Below are positions 1 to 10,323 of a stretch of 64,000 bases of DNA, in pieces; within the stretch, counting starts at the first letter, position 1, and each line of letters opens with the position of its first letter. This DNA comes from Pseudomonadota bacterium (GTDB lineage: Bacteria > Myxococcota > JACRCW01 > JAFGSX01). The stretch spans positions 151,053-215,052 of the forward strand of contig JBDRCO010000113.1 of NCBI GenBank assembly GCA_043821645.1, given 5' to 3'. A model generated the notes under the pieces. That model did no database searches. It was not told the DNA's origin and saw nothing but the letters and a program-made list of their open reading frames with translations. A program made the position numbers and the translations under genes.

Positions 1-1308
1 ACGGGAGGAAAGGGCCCTCTGACCGGTCTGCTCGCCTCCGCCCGCAAGCGCCTGCAGTACTACGACCTGAGCGAGGCCCAGATCGACGCCCTGCCGGCCC
101 AGGGCGCTCAGAAAGCAGTCCCCATTGTCAGTCCCTATCCCGGTGTCGTCGTCGAGAAACACGCCAACGAGGGTATGCGCATCGACCCGGGCATGCTGGT
201 CTACCGTATCGCGGACCTGAGCCGGGTCTGGGTCATCGCCACGGTCTACGAGTACCAGCTCCCCTTCGTGGCCATGGGACAGCGCGGCACCATGACCCTG
301 GCCTACGCCCCCGGTCGCGTGTACGAGGGCGAGGTCACCTACATCTCGCCCACCGTCGACGAGCAGGCGCGCGAGGTGAAGGTGAGGCTGGAGTTCACCA
401 ACCCCGATGGCTCGCTCAAGCCCGGCATGTTTGCCAGCGTGCACCTCGAGCGCACCCTCGCCGACAAACGCATACAGGTGCCGCGCGCTGCCGTCATCGA
501 CACCGGCGAGCGGCAGATCGCCTTCGTCGCGCACGGCAAGGGTCGCTTCGAGCCCCGCCCGGTGACCATGGGCATCGAGACTGAGCATGGCCAGGTGGAG
601 ATTGTCGAGGGGCTCACTGCGGGCGAGATGGTGGTCACCAGTGGCCAGTTCCTGCTCGACAGCGAATCGCGGGTCCGCGAGGCCCTGGCCAAGATGATGC
701 GCGACAACCTGGCCTCGGAGCCTGCCGCTGCTCCGGCTACGCCGACCCTCGAGCTGCCACAGGTCGGTCGCGAGGCCCTGGCGACGAGCATTCGAAGCTA
801 CCTGGCGATCCATGATGCCCTGGCGACCGACAAGCTCGACGGTGTCTCGGCCAGCGCCCGAATGCTGGGTGGCGCGCTCGCCGCGCTCCTCGCGGTCGAG
901 GTTCCGGGTTCACCACACTTCTGGCAGGAGCAGAAGGACGCTTCGAGTCTGCCGCAGCTCGCCGCCACGCTGATGTCCGCTGGCGACCTGGCCTCGGCCC
1001 GGGTGGCCCTGGCGCCACTGAGCGATGCACTGCTTCCCGTGATCGAGAAGCTGGGAGTGCCCGCGGACCTGGGTTTCTCCGTCGACAAGGTGCACTGCCC
1101 CATGTACCGCGCGGACCAGGGCGGTGCGAGCTGGTTGCAGCGTAGTGGCGAGGCACGCAACCCGTACTACGGGGCTGCCATGCTTGGATGCTTCGACGAC
1201 CGCTCGGCGCTGTTTATCGCGGGCGCTCCACAGGAATCCTCGCGCTCTGCTTCACCGACCACCTTGAAGCCGCCAGCTGCCGCAGGCCACACCGGGCACC
1301 AGCACTAG
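1..1308 (+). CDS. cusB: Efflux RND periplasmic adaptor subunit (CusB-like) with C-terminal DUF3347-like metal-binding domain; 5' partial
   Basis: Frame is open from base 1. Membrane-fusion motifs (IADLSRVWV, NPDGSLKPGM, GEMVVTSGQFLLDSES). C-terminal HCPM...W.Q...NPYYGAAMLGC and a His-rich tail. Lies directly upstream of cusA. Confidence 0.88.
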   Translation, partial: TGGKGPLTGLLASARKRLQYYDLSEAQIDALPAQGAQKAVPIVSPYPGVVVEKHANEGMRIDPGMLVYRIADLSRVWVIATVYEYQLPFVAMGQRGTMTLAYAPGRVYEGEVTYISPTVDEQAREVKVRLEFTNPDGSLKPGMFASVHLERTLADKRIQVPRAAVIDTGERQIAFVAHGKGRFEPRPVTMGIETEHGQVEIVEGLTAGEMVVTSGQFLLDSESRVREALAKMMRDNLASEPAAAPATPTLELPQVGREALATSIRSYLAIHDALATDKLDGVSASARMLGGALAALLAVEVPGSPHFWQEQKDASSLPQLAATLMSAGDLASARVALAPLSDALLPVIEKLGVPADLGFSVDKVHCPMYRADQGGASWLQRSGEARNPYYGAAMLGCFDDRSALFIAGAPQESSRSASPTTLKPPAAAGHTGHQH

Positions 1309-1318
1309 GAGCCCCCCC

Positions 1319-4300
1319 ATGATCGCCAAGCTGATTGCCTGGTGCGTGCACAATCGGGTGTTGGTGCTGTTGCTGACCGGCTTCCTGGTCGTCGCGGGGC
1401 TGTGGTCCGCGCGCAGCATCACCGTCGACGCCATCCCCGACCTGTCCGATGTGCAGGTGGTCATCCGTACGGAGTACCCCGGCCAGGCCCCCGAGATCGT
1501 CGAGGACCAGGTCACCTTTCCACTGACCACCATCATGCTCGCGGTCCCCTATGCCAAGGTGGTGCGCGGCTACTCGATGTTCGGCGCCAGCTTCGTCTAC
1601 ATCATCTTCGAGGATGGCACCGACATGTACTGGGCGCGCAGCCGCGTGCTCGAGCAGCTGTCCGTGGTCTCCAGCCGACTCCCGGCGGGCGTGACGCCGC
1701 AGCTCGGCCCCGACGCCACAGGCGTTGGTTGGATCTACGAGTACGTGCTGACCACGGGTCCCTACTGCCCTGACCATCCCGATGGAGCCTGGCACGATCC
1801 TGTCTCCGATCGCTGGTATGCCTCTTTCGAGGAGGTCCCCGAAGCGGCCCGCAAGGGTGCCACCCACCACCGCGTGTTTCCGCCCGCGCGGGTGAACGAC
1901 TTCGATCCCGTGACCAGTCGCCGCTATGACGATCCGGCTGCTGCTCCCGCCGACACGCGCTCGCGTCTCGAGGAAGTCGTGCTGAAGCGCGGCTTCGAGA
2001 CCTGCCCGCTCGACGGCAAGCCACTGCACCAGCCGGATCAAGATCTCTCGGAGCTGCGCAGCCTCCAGGACTGGTACCTGCGCTACGAGTTGACGGCTCT
2101 CGACGGTGTCAGCGAGGTCGCGGCGGTGGGCGGCTTCGTCAAGCAGTACCAGGTCGTGGTCGATCCCGTGAAGCTGCAAGCCTTGAAGGTCCCCCTGGCC
2201 AGGGTGGAGATGGCCATCCGGCGGAGCAACCTCGATGTCGGCGGCAGCGTGATCGAGATGGGCGAGGCCGAGTACATGGTGCGTGGCCGCGGCTACCTGG
2301 GGCATCCCGATGCCGATCAGCAGGGGCCCATCGCCGCCGGTCAAGAGAGCCGCGCCCGCAGCCAGCGCGTACTGCAGCAACTCGAGGGCATCGCGCTCGA
2401 CGCCACGGACAAGGGTGTTCCGATCCGACTCGGCGACGTGGCCTCGGTTCGGCTCGGCCCGGACATGCGCCGGGGCCTGGTCGAGTGGAATGGCGAGGGC
2501 GAGGTGGTGGCCAGCATCGTGGTCATGCGCTTCGGCGAGAACGCCCGCGACGCCATTGGCCGGGTGAAAGACAGGCTACGGGAGCTGGAGCACGGGCTGC
2601 CGCCGGGCGTGGCAGTCCTCACCGCCTATGATCGCTCGGACCTGATCGATCGGTCGGTGCAGACGCTCACGCGCACCCTGTTCGAGGAGATCACGGTCGT
2701 CGCCCTGATCATCATCCTGTTCTTGCTACATGCGCGCAGCGCCCTGGTGGCGGCCTTCGTGCTGCCCACCGGTGTACTTCTCAGCCTCACGGCCATGTAC
2801 CTGCTGGGCATGAACGCCAACATCATGAGCCTGGGAGGCATCGCCATCGCCATCGGGGTGATGGTGGATAGCTCGATCATCATGGTCGAGAACGCACACA
2901 AACATCTCGAGTGGGAGGTCGAGCGTGTGGCCGCGGGCCAGACCGCGCGCACTCGCGTCGCGGTCATCATCGAGGCCGCCAGCGAGGTCGGACCGAGTCT
3001 CTTCTTTGCGCTCTTGATCCTGACGGTGGGCTTCATCCCCGTGTTCGCCCTCGGTGAGCAGTCCGGGCGTCTGTTCAAGCCCCTGGCCTACACCAAGACC
3101 TTCTCGATGGGTGCGGCGGCTTTGCTCGCGATCACCGTGATCCCGTCGCTGATGTACTACTTCATCTCCGAGCACCTGCTGCCTGACGGCTGGTCGAGAC
3201 TGCGGCGCTGGGGCACCACTGCGATCGTGGTCCTGGCACCGGCGCTGGTCCTGCTGCTGGCGCCTCTGCCCGAGCTTCCCATCGCCCGCTCATGGCTGGC
3301 CCTGGCCTGGGTCGTCCTGTCACTGCTGGCCATCCTGCCTCAGCGCATCCTGGGTGAGCACCAGAATCCCGTGGCCCGCGCGCTGCAATGGCTTTACGCG
3401 CCCGCCTTTCGCCTGGTCATGCGGCACCGCCGGATCACCCTCGGGCTGGCCGTCGCGCTCTTGCTGTCGACGCTGTGGCCACTGAGCCAGCTTGGCTCCG
3501 AGTTCATGCCGCCCCTCGAGGAAGGCGATCTGCTGTACATGCCAACCACCGACCCCGGCATCAGCGTGACCAAGGCGCGCGAGCTGCTGCAGCAGACCGA
3601 CAAGCTGATCCTGCAGTTCCCGGAGGTGGCGAGTGTGCTGGGCAAGGCCGGGCGCGCCGATACGGCCACCGACCCGGCCCCGATGAGCATGCTCGAGACC
3701 ACCATCGTCCTGCATCGCGACAAGTCGCACTGGCGCCAGCGCACCGTGGACCGCTTCTACTCGACCTGGCCCAGGTGGTTGAGCTGGCTCCCCAGGCTGG
3801 TCCTGTCCGACACACGGCCCATCAACGGCGACGACCTCGTCTACGGCTACGAGCTCCCCGGTGGGGTGCACGTGCCCGGACTCAACGAGACCGTGAGCAT
3901 GCCGGGCCTGACCAATGCTTGGACCATGCCCATCCGCACCCGCATCGACATGCTGTCCACGGGCATCCGCACCCCGGTGGGCATCAAGGTCCTCGGCGAT
4001 GACCTGACCAGCTTGACCGAGATCGGGGAGCACATCGCGCAGGTGCTGAAGACGGATTCGGCCACCGGCGCCCACACCCTGAGCGCCTTTGCCGAGAAGA
4101 GCATGAGCGGCCGCTACTTCGACGTGCAGGTCCGGCGCGACGAGATCGCCCGCTACGGCCTGCAGGTGGCGGATGTGCAGGCGGTCATCATGAGCGCCCT
4201 GGGCGGCATGAACGTTGCGCAGACCATCGAGGGGCGCGAGCGCTATCCCATCAACATCCGCTATCCCCATGAGCTGCGGGACAATCGCACCGCCCTGCAG

Positions 4301-5113
4301 CAGATCCTGGTGGCCACGCCGTCGGGGACGCAGGTACCCCTGGGCCAGCTCGCCACCTTCACCACCCGCACCGGCGCGGACATGATCAAGAGCGAGAACG
4401 CGCGTCTCACCAGCTGGGTGTACGTCGACATCGCGGGCATCGACATCGGCAGCTACGTCGAGAACGCACGGCGGGTCATCTCCCGCGAGGTCCCATTGCC
4501 CGCGGGAACGTCCATTGTCTGGTCCGGCCAGTACGAGTACATGGCCGCGGCCAACCGTCGGCTGGCGGTGGTGATCCCGCTCGCCGTTGTGCTGATCGTG
4601 CTGCTTCTCTACCTCGCCACACACAGCTGGCTGCGGACGTCCATCGTGCTCCTCGCTGTGCCCTTCAGTCTGATCGGAGCCTTCTGGTTGCTGTACGCCC
4701 TCGACTACAACCTGTCCCTGGCGGTCTGGGTGGGCATCATCGCCCTGGCCGGCCTCGACGCCGAGACCGGGCTGGTGATGCTGCTCTACCTCGAGAACAG
4801 CCACGACAAGTTCGCCGCCGATGGTCGCATGCGCGACGATGAGGACCTGATGGCGGCCGTCCACGACGGTGCCGTGCAGCGCATCCGGCCCAAGACCATG
4901 ACGGTCATGACGACCTTCATCGGGCTGGTACCCCTGCTGTTTGCAGCTGGAGCCGGGGCCGACACCATGCGGCGTCTGGCTGCGCCCATGATAGGCGGCC
5001 TGGCGTCGAGCTTTTTGCTCGAGCTGCTGATCTACCCGGTGCTGTTCTTCGTCATCAAGCGAGTGACCACCCACCTCGGTGCGAGCCACGGAGCGCCAGG
5101 CGACGTCGTCTGA
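1319..5113 (+). CDS. cusA: CusA/CzcA family heavy-metal efflux RND transporter
   Basis: DAIPDLSDVQV, GPDATGVGW, NIMSLGGIAIAIG, GSEFMPPLEEG and RIRPKTMT motifs typical of CusA/SilA. Confidence 0.93.
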   Translation: MIAKLIAWCVHNRVLVLLLTGFLVVAGLWSARSITVDAIPDLSDVQVVIRTEYPGQAPEIVEDQVTFPLTTIMLAVPYAKVVRGYSMFGASFVYIIFEDGTDMYWARSRVLEQLSVVSSRLPAGVTPQLGPDATGVGWIYEYVLTTGPYCPDHPDGAWHDPVSDRWYASFEEVPEAARKGATHHRVFPPARVNDFDPVTSRRYDDPAAAPADTRSRLEEVVLKRGFETCPLDGKPLHQPDQDLSELRSLQDWYLRYELTALDGVSEVAAVGGFVKQYQVVVDPVKLQALKVPLARVEMAIRRSNLDVGGSVIEMGEAEYMVRGRGYLGHPDADQQGPIAAGQESRARSQRVLQQLEGIALDATDKGVPIRLGDVASVRLGPDMRRGLVEWNGEGEVVASIVVMRFGENARDAIGRVKDRLRELEHGLPPGVAVLTAYDRSDLIDRSVQTLTRTLFEEITVVALIIILFLLHARSALVAAFVLPTGVLLSLTAMYLLGMNANIMSLGGIAIAIGVMVDSSIIMVENAHKHLEWEVERVAAGQTARTRVAVIIEAASEVGPSLFFALLILTVGFIPVFALGEQSGRLFKPLAYTKTFSMGAAALLAITVIPSLMYYFISEHLLPDGWSRLRRWGTTAIVVLAPALVLLLAPLPELPIARSWLALAWVVLSLLAILPQRILGEHQNPVARALQWLYAPAFRLVMRHRRITLGLAVALLLSTLWPLSQLGSEFMPPLEEGDLLYMPTTDPGISVTKARELLQQTDKLILQFPEVASVLGKAGRADTATDPAPMSMLETTIVLHRDKSHWRQRTVDRFYSTWPRWLSWLPRLVLSDTRPINGDDLVYGYELPGGVHVPGLNETVSMPGLTNAWTMPIRTRIDMLSTGIRTPVGIKVLGDDLTSLTEIGEHIAQVLKTDSATGAHTLSAFAEKSMSGRYFDVQVRRDEIARYGLQVADVQAVIMSALGGMNVAQTIEGRERYPINIRYPHELRDNRTALQQILVATPSGTQVPLGQLATFTTRTGADMIKSENARLTSWVYVDIAGIDIGSYVENARRVISREVPLPAGTSIVWSGQYEYMAAANRRLAVVIPLAVVLIVLLLYLATHSWLRTSIVLLAVPFSLIGAFWLLYALDYNLSLAVWVGIIALAGLDAETGLVMLLYLENSHDKFAADGRMRDDEDLMAAVHDGAVQRIRPKTMTVMTTFIGLVPLLFAAGAGADTMRRLAAPMIGGLASSFLLELLIYPVLFFVIKRVTTHLGASHGAPGDVV

Positions 5114-5133
5114 TGCAGGGTGTATGTTGAGAG

Positions 5134-6546
5134 GTGGAGATGTTTTCGGCGGAGAGTCAGAGCGTGGGCACGACGATCCTGTTCATCGACGACGACGAGA
5201 CCGGACGCGAGGTCGCCCGCTACAACCTGACCAAGGCCGGCTACACCGTCGACATGGCGACGCGCGGTGATGAGGGGCTTGAGCGCTTTGATCCCGCCCG
5301 ACACGCGGTCGTGATCACCGACGTGCGCATGCCCGGGGTCTCGGGTCTCGATGTGCTGCGGCAGGTGCGCAAGCGCGCACCGACCCTGCCCGTCATCGTG
5401 ATCACGGCCTACGGTTCCATCGAACTCGCGGTGGACGCCATGAAGCAGGGCGCCACCGACTTCATCGGCAAGCCCTTCAATCGCGATCACCTGCTGCTTG
5501 CCGTCGAGCGCGCGCTCGAGAATGCAGCCTTGCGCCGCGAGGTTCGCACACTGCGGCTCAAGAGCCGTGGCATCGAGCGCCCCATCATCGCCGCCTCGGA
5601 CGCGATGCAGCAGGTGCTACACCTCGCCGACCGGGTGGCAACCTCCGACGCCAGCGTCCTGATCACCGGCGAGAGCGGTACGGGAAAGGAGCTGATCGCG
5701 CGTCGCCTCCATGTGCGCTCAGAGCGGGTTGAGGGCCCGTTCGTGGCGGTGAGCTGCGGGGCCCTGCCCGCCGATCTGCTAGAAAGCGAACTCTTCGGCC
5801 ACGTCAGGGGTGCGTTCACGGGCGCGACCACGGACCGCACGGGCCGCTTCCGCAAGGCCGAGGGCGGCACCCTCTTTCTCGACGAGGTGGGGGAACTCCC
5901 ACTGCCGCTTCAAGCGAAGTTGCTGCGGGTGGTCCAGGAACGCGTCGTCGACGTCGTAGGCTCGGACCGTCCCGTCGAGGTGAACCTGCGCCTGGTGGCT
6001 GCCACCAACCAGGACCTCCACCAGAGCGTAAAGGCCGGGAATTTTCGTGAGGACCTGCTTTTTCGCCTCAACGTCGTCGAGATCGCGCTGCCACCACTGC
6101 GCCAGCGCCCGGAGGACATCGAGCCACTGGTCCGTCACTTCGTTTCGCTGCACGCGGGCGGTCGGGAGCTCGAAATACCGGACTCCGTCGTGGCGGCACT
6201 CAAGAAACGATCCTGGCCAGGAAACGCGCGCGAGCTTCAGAACGTCTGTGAGCGCCTGGCCGTCCTGGCGCAGGGTTCGGCGGTCGCCCTGGCCGATCTC
6301 CCCCCGGCAGCCGTTCCAGAGGCGTCAGCCCCCAGCGAGGCTTCCTGGCCGCCCCTGCCCGCCGACGGTCTTTCTCTGATCGACCTCGAAAGGAGCGTGA
6401 TCGCGCGCGTGCTCGATTTCAAGGAGTGGAACGTGAGTCAGGCTGCCATCTACCTCGGTGTGCCTCGCCACGTCCTCGTCTATCGGATGGAGAAGTACGG
6501 GCTTGGGCGCCCGCAGCGGGAGCCCGGTGATCACCGACGATCGTGA
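5134..6546 (+). CDS. Sigma54-dependent response regulator (NtrC family: REC, AAA+, HTH)
   Basis: REC domain (IDDD, TDVRMP, KPF); [30 protein letters not shown]-terminal Fis-type HTH. Confidence 0.95.
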   Translation: MEMFSAESQSVGTTILFIDDDETGREVARYNLTKAGYTVDMATRGDEGLERFDPARHAVVITDVRMPGVSGLDVLRQVRKRAPTLPVIVITAYGSIELAVDAMKQGATDFIGKPFNRDHLLLAVERALENAALRREVRTLRLKSRGIERPIIAASDAMQQVLHLADRVATSDASVLITGESGTGKELIARRLHVRSERVEGPFVAVSCGALPADLLESELFGHVRGAFTGATTDRTGRFRKAEGGTLFLDEVGELPLPLQAKLLRVVQERVVDVVGSDRPVEVNLRLVAATNQDLHQSVKAGNFREDLLFRLNVVEIALPPLRQRPEDIEPLVRHFVSLHAGGRELEIPDSVVAALKKRSWPGNARELQNVCERLAVLAQGSAVALADLPPAAVPEASAPSEASWPPLPADGLSLIDLERSVIARVLDFKEWNVSQAAIYLGVPRHVLVYRMEKYGLGRPQREPGDHRRS

Positions 6547-7651
6547 ACACGGATGGCGCGCGGTGCTTGGTCCGCGGGTGTGGTTGCTGGTCTGGATCCC
6601 GATCCTGGTCATCGGGCTCGGCCATTACTCCACCGATGCCAGCAGCACCTGGGTCCACGACATCCTGCGCCGCACCTACTACCTGCCCATCCTGTTCGCG
6701 GCGTTCTTGCTGGGACTTCGCGGTGGATTGCTCGCCCCCGTCGTGGTCATCGTCAGCTATGCCCCCCACGCCTTCCTGCACGAGCATGTGCTGCACGTCG
6801 ATCCCGCGCGAAACCTCGAGAAGGCACTGGAACTCGTGCTCTACCTGGTTGTCGGTGCCGTGGCCGGGCAACTCACGGACCGCGAGCGTCAGCGCCGTCG
6901 CGCGCTCGAACAGGCCCTCGACACGCAACGCCGGTTGCAGCACCAGCTGGTCCGCGCAGGTCGACTGAGCGCTCTGGGCGAAGTGGTGGCAGGCATCGCT
7001 CACGAGATCAAGAACCCCTTGCATGCACTGCGCGGGACCGCCGAGATCCTGGACCCGCTCATTCCACACGACATCGAGGAGCGACGCATGTGGGAGCTTC
7101 ATTGTTCGGAGCTGGATCGCTTATCGACGGTGGCCGAGCGCTTTCTGTCCTTTGCGCGACCGTCCGCCGCCAACACGGATACGATCCTGGATCTCCGGGA
7201 GGTGGTGAGGCGAACTCAGGAGCTCGCGACAGCCCAGGCCCGGCAACAGCAGATCTCACTGGATCTCGAACTGGGAGAACTGCCGGCGCTGGTGAGGGGT
7301 GATCGCGACCAGCTCGCCCAGATCGGGCTCAACATCGTGCTCAACGCCCTGCAGGCTCTGGGCGACGGACCTGGGCGCCTGTTGCTGGCCGTGGACCCTC
7401 TCGTCGACCGCTCGGAGGCCCGGGTAGTGCTGCGAATCGAAAACGATGGTCCTGCGCTGGACCCGCTTCAGATCGAGCACCTGTTCGACCCGTTCACCAG
7501 TGGCCACGATGAGGGTACCGGGCTCGGACTGTCCATCTCGGCACGACTGGCCGAAGCCCATGGTGGCTACATCGAGGCGGCCAATGCTGGGCTCGGCGTG
7601 CGCTTTTCGCTATATCTACCCCGTGCCACCGAGGGAGTGCCGGCACCGTGA
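6527..7651 (+). CDS. Membrane sensor histidine kinase
   Basis: Several TM helices, H-box AHEIKNPL, N-box NALQA, G-box GTGLGL. GTG start at 6527 is inferred from its overlap with the regulator gene end. Confidence 0.9.
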   Translation: MITDDREHGWRAVLGPRVWLLVWIPILVIGLGHYSTDASSTWVHDILRRTYYLPILFAAFLLGLRGGLLAPVVVIVSYAPHAFLHEHVLHVDPARNLEKALELVLYLVVGAVAGQLTDRERQRRRALEQALDTQRRLQHQLVRAGRLSALGEVVAGIAHEIKNPLHALRGTAEILDPLIPHDIEERRMWELHCSELDRLSTVAERFLSFARPSAANTDTILDLREVVRRTQELATAQARQQQISLDLELGELPALVRGDRDQLAQIGLNIVLNALQALGDGPGRLLLAVDPLVDRSEARVVLRIENDGPALDPLQIEHLFDPFTSGHDEGTGLGLSISARLAEAHGGYIEAANAGLGVRFSLYLPRATEGVPAP

Positions 7652-10323
7652 AGCTGCCACTTGAAGTCACACCGGCTCCCCTGGTCGAGCACCAGGAGCC
7701 TGCAGAGACCCGCGCACACCGGCCTCGCGACCTGGCAGATCTCGTCGACACGGCCCTGGTGCTCCTGGACCCGCAGGATCACCTGGTCGCGATGAATGGC
7801 GCAGCCTGCAACTTGCTCAACGTCGACCCTGCGAATGTGCCGCAGGCCGTCGCAGGCATCCCCTTGCTGCTCGAGATGGACCTGCTGCGCTGGGCCATTG
7901 ACCTGGCGCGCAGCGAGGGCGAGAGCGAGTTCCGGACGCAGCTGGAGGATGGGCACTGGTACCAGGTCCGCGCGTGCCGCCGTGAAGATGCGGAATCGAA
8001 CGGAACCTCCGTGGCGATGTCGTTCACGGATGTCACCGGGCTCGTCTGTGACATCGAAAAAGCGAGGGAGAGCACGGAACTCTATCGCGGCTTCGTCGAG
8101 CGTGCGCGTTCCATCACCTTTCGTTCGGCGCTCAACTTCAAGCCGTATTTTTTCCATGGTGCCGTCGAAGAGCTCACGGGCTACAGCACCGAGGCCTTTT
8201 CGTCGGGTCATCCGACCTGGGACCAGGTCATCCATCCCGAAGATCGCGAGGCACGCCTGGCGGATGGCGCCGTGCTGGCGATGCATCCGGTGGACGCACT
8301 GGAGTTCGAATACCGCATCCAGCATCGCGATGGCCGTGAGCGCTGGGTGCGAGAAAGCGTCCACAACATCTGCGGTCCCGACGGCACGCCGCGATGGATA
8401 CAGGGCTCGATCATCGACATCTCGAAGCGTAAGGCCGCCGAGATCGCGTTGCTGGAGGCGCAGGAACATTTCCGTCTGGCCTTCGCCACCAGCCCGGACG
8501 CGATCGCCATCAGCCGGCTCGACGATGGGGTATACGTCGACGTCAATGACGGATGGATCGCGCTCAGTGGTTTCCAGCGTGATCAGATCAAGGACCGCAC
8601 GGATCTCGATCTCGGCATCTGGTGGAATCTCGAGGACAGGCAGATCTTTGCCCGGGCCCTGCGAGAGGATCGGGTGCTTCGTAACTGGGAGATCCGCTTC
8701 AGGCACCGCGATGGTCAGGAGATCATCACGCTGTGTTCCGCGGCCCTGCTCCACCTCGGGGGCCAGACCTGCATCCTGACCCTGGCGCGGGACATCCGGG
8801 AGCTCAAGGCCGCCGAGCAGCGCCTGCGCGACAGCGAGGCGCGCTACCGCCTCATGGCCGAGAACGCGAGTGATGTCATCGCCCGCCACGACGCCACTGG
8901 ACACTTCCTGTATGTCTCCCCGGCAGCGCGCCGCATCTTCGGCTATCACCCCGAAGAGCTCCTCGGGCGTTCCCTCGTCGAGCTGGTGCTGCCGATCCAG
9001 CGCCCGGAACTCGAGAACGAGTTCCTGTCTATGCAGACCACCCGGGATACACGAACCCGGGTCTTCTCGATACAGCATCCGGACGGCGCCGCGACCTGGG
9101 TCGAGGTCGCCATGCGAGGGATGCACGACGAGCGTGACAACCTTCGGGAGATCGTGACCATCTCGCGCGACGTCACCGAGCGCCGCCAGGCCGAGGACGA
9201 GAGACGCCGTCTGGAACTGCAATTCCTGCAGACCCAAAAGCTCGAGAGTCTGGGCGTGCTCGCCGGTGGTATCGCGCACGATTTCAACAATCTGCTCGTG
9301 GGCATCCTGGGCAACCTCGATCTTGCGCGAGGTGAATCAGGGCTCGCACCGGCGGTGCTCGGCTTGCTGGGCGACACCGAGCGCGCCGCGAGGCAAGCAG
9401 CAGACCTCACCAACCAGATGCTCGCCTTCTCGGGTCGCGGCAGCTTCGAAGTCCAGCCCGTGCAGCTCAGCGCACTCGTGCAGGACATGCGACAACTGCT
9501 GGAGTCGGTGGTGGCTCGCCGGGCCCGCGTCGAATATGCCCTGGCCAGCGACCTCCCCTGTGTAGACGCCGATGCCACGCAGTTGCGCCAGGTCCTGCTC
9601 AACCTGGTCACCAATGCCGCCGAGGCCATCGAGAACGACCAGGGCGTCATCCACATCGAGACCGCGGTCGGCACCGGCGAGCCAGACCAGGTCCTGCTGC
9701 GTGTACGCGACAACGGCAAGGGCATGTCACCGGAGGTGCAGGATCGCGTCTTCGAGCCCTTCTTCACGACGAAGTTCACCGGGCGGGGCCTGGGCATGGC
9801 CGCTGTGCGCGGTATCGTCCACAGCCACAAGGGTGAGATCCTGTTCGAGAGCGTCCAGAACAAGGGATCCAGCTTCCAGGTCCAGTTTCCCGCCTCGACC
9901 AGCAAGGTCACTGACGTCCCCAGGAGCGAAGACCAGCCCTCCGGATCGTGGAAGGGTTCAGGCACGGTGCTCCTGGTCGACGACGACGAGATCGTGCTCG
10001 AGGTCGGACAGCGCATGCTTCGAAAGCTGGGCTTCGACATCCTGCTCGCCCGGGACGGCCGCGAGGCCCTGGACGTGTTCGCGCAACATGCTGGAGACAT
10101 TCGCTGCGTGATCCTCGACCTCACCATGCCAGGCATGGACGGCGAGGCGACCTACCGCGTTCTGCACGACAGCGCACCCTCCTTGCCCGTCATCGTGTCG
10201 AGTGGCTACACAGCCCAGGACCTGCAAGAGCGCTTTGGTAAGAGCTCGGCCCTGGCCTTCATCCAGAAGCCCTACCGCACCGCCGACATCGCCGAGAAGC
10301 TCCAGCTGCTGCTTCAGGCTTGA
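7648..10323 (+). CDS. Multi-PAS hybrid histidine kinase with C-terminal receiver domain
   Basis: PAS/PAC repeats (IHPEDR, RIQHRDG..RWV), AHDFNNLL, FFTTKFTGRGLG, REC (LVDDD, LDLTMP, KPY). Confidence 0.93.
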   Translation: MKLPLEVTPAPLVEHQEPAETRAHRPRDLADLVDTALVLLDPQDHLVAMNGAACNLLNVDPANVPQAVAGIPLLLEMDLLRWAIDLARSEGESEFRTQLEDGHWYQVRACRREDAESNGTSVAMSFTDVTGLVCDIEKARESTELYRGFVERARSITFRSALNFKPYFFHGAVEELTGYSTEAFSSGHPTWDQVIHPEDREARLADGAVLAMHPVDALEFEYRIQHRDGRERWVRESVHNICGPDGTPRWIQGSIIDISKRKAAEIALLEAQEHFRLAFATSPDAIAISRLDDGVYVDVNDGWIALSGFQRDQIKDRTDLDLGIWWNLEDRQIFARALREDRVLRNWEIRFRHRDGQEIITLCSAALLHLGGQTCILTLARDIRELKAAEQRLRDSEARYRLMAENASDVIARHDATGHFLYVSPAARRIFGYHPEELLGRSLVELVLPIQRPELENEFLSMQTTRDTRTRVFSIQHPDGAATWVEVAMRGMHDERDNLREIVTISRDVTERRQAEDERRRLELQFLQTQKLESLGVLAGGIAHDFNNLLVGILGNLDLARGESGLAPAVLGLLGDTERAARQAADLTNQMLAFSGRGSFEVQPVQLSALVQDMRQLLESVVARRARVEYALASDLPCVDADATQLRQVLLNLVTNAAEAIENDQGVIHIETAVGTGEPDQVLLRVRDNGKGMSPEVQDRVFEPFFTTKFTGRGLGMAAVRGIVHSHKGEILFESVQNKGSSFQVQFPASTSKVTDVPRSEDQPSGSWKGSGTVLLVDDDEIVLEVGQRMLRKLGFDILLARDGREALDVFAQHAGDIRCVILDLTMPGMDGEATYRVLHDSAPSLPVIVSSGYTAQDLQERFGKSSALAFIQKPYRTADIAEKLQLLLQA

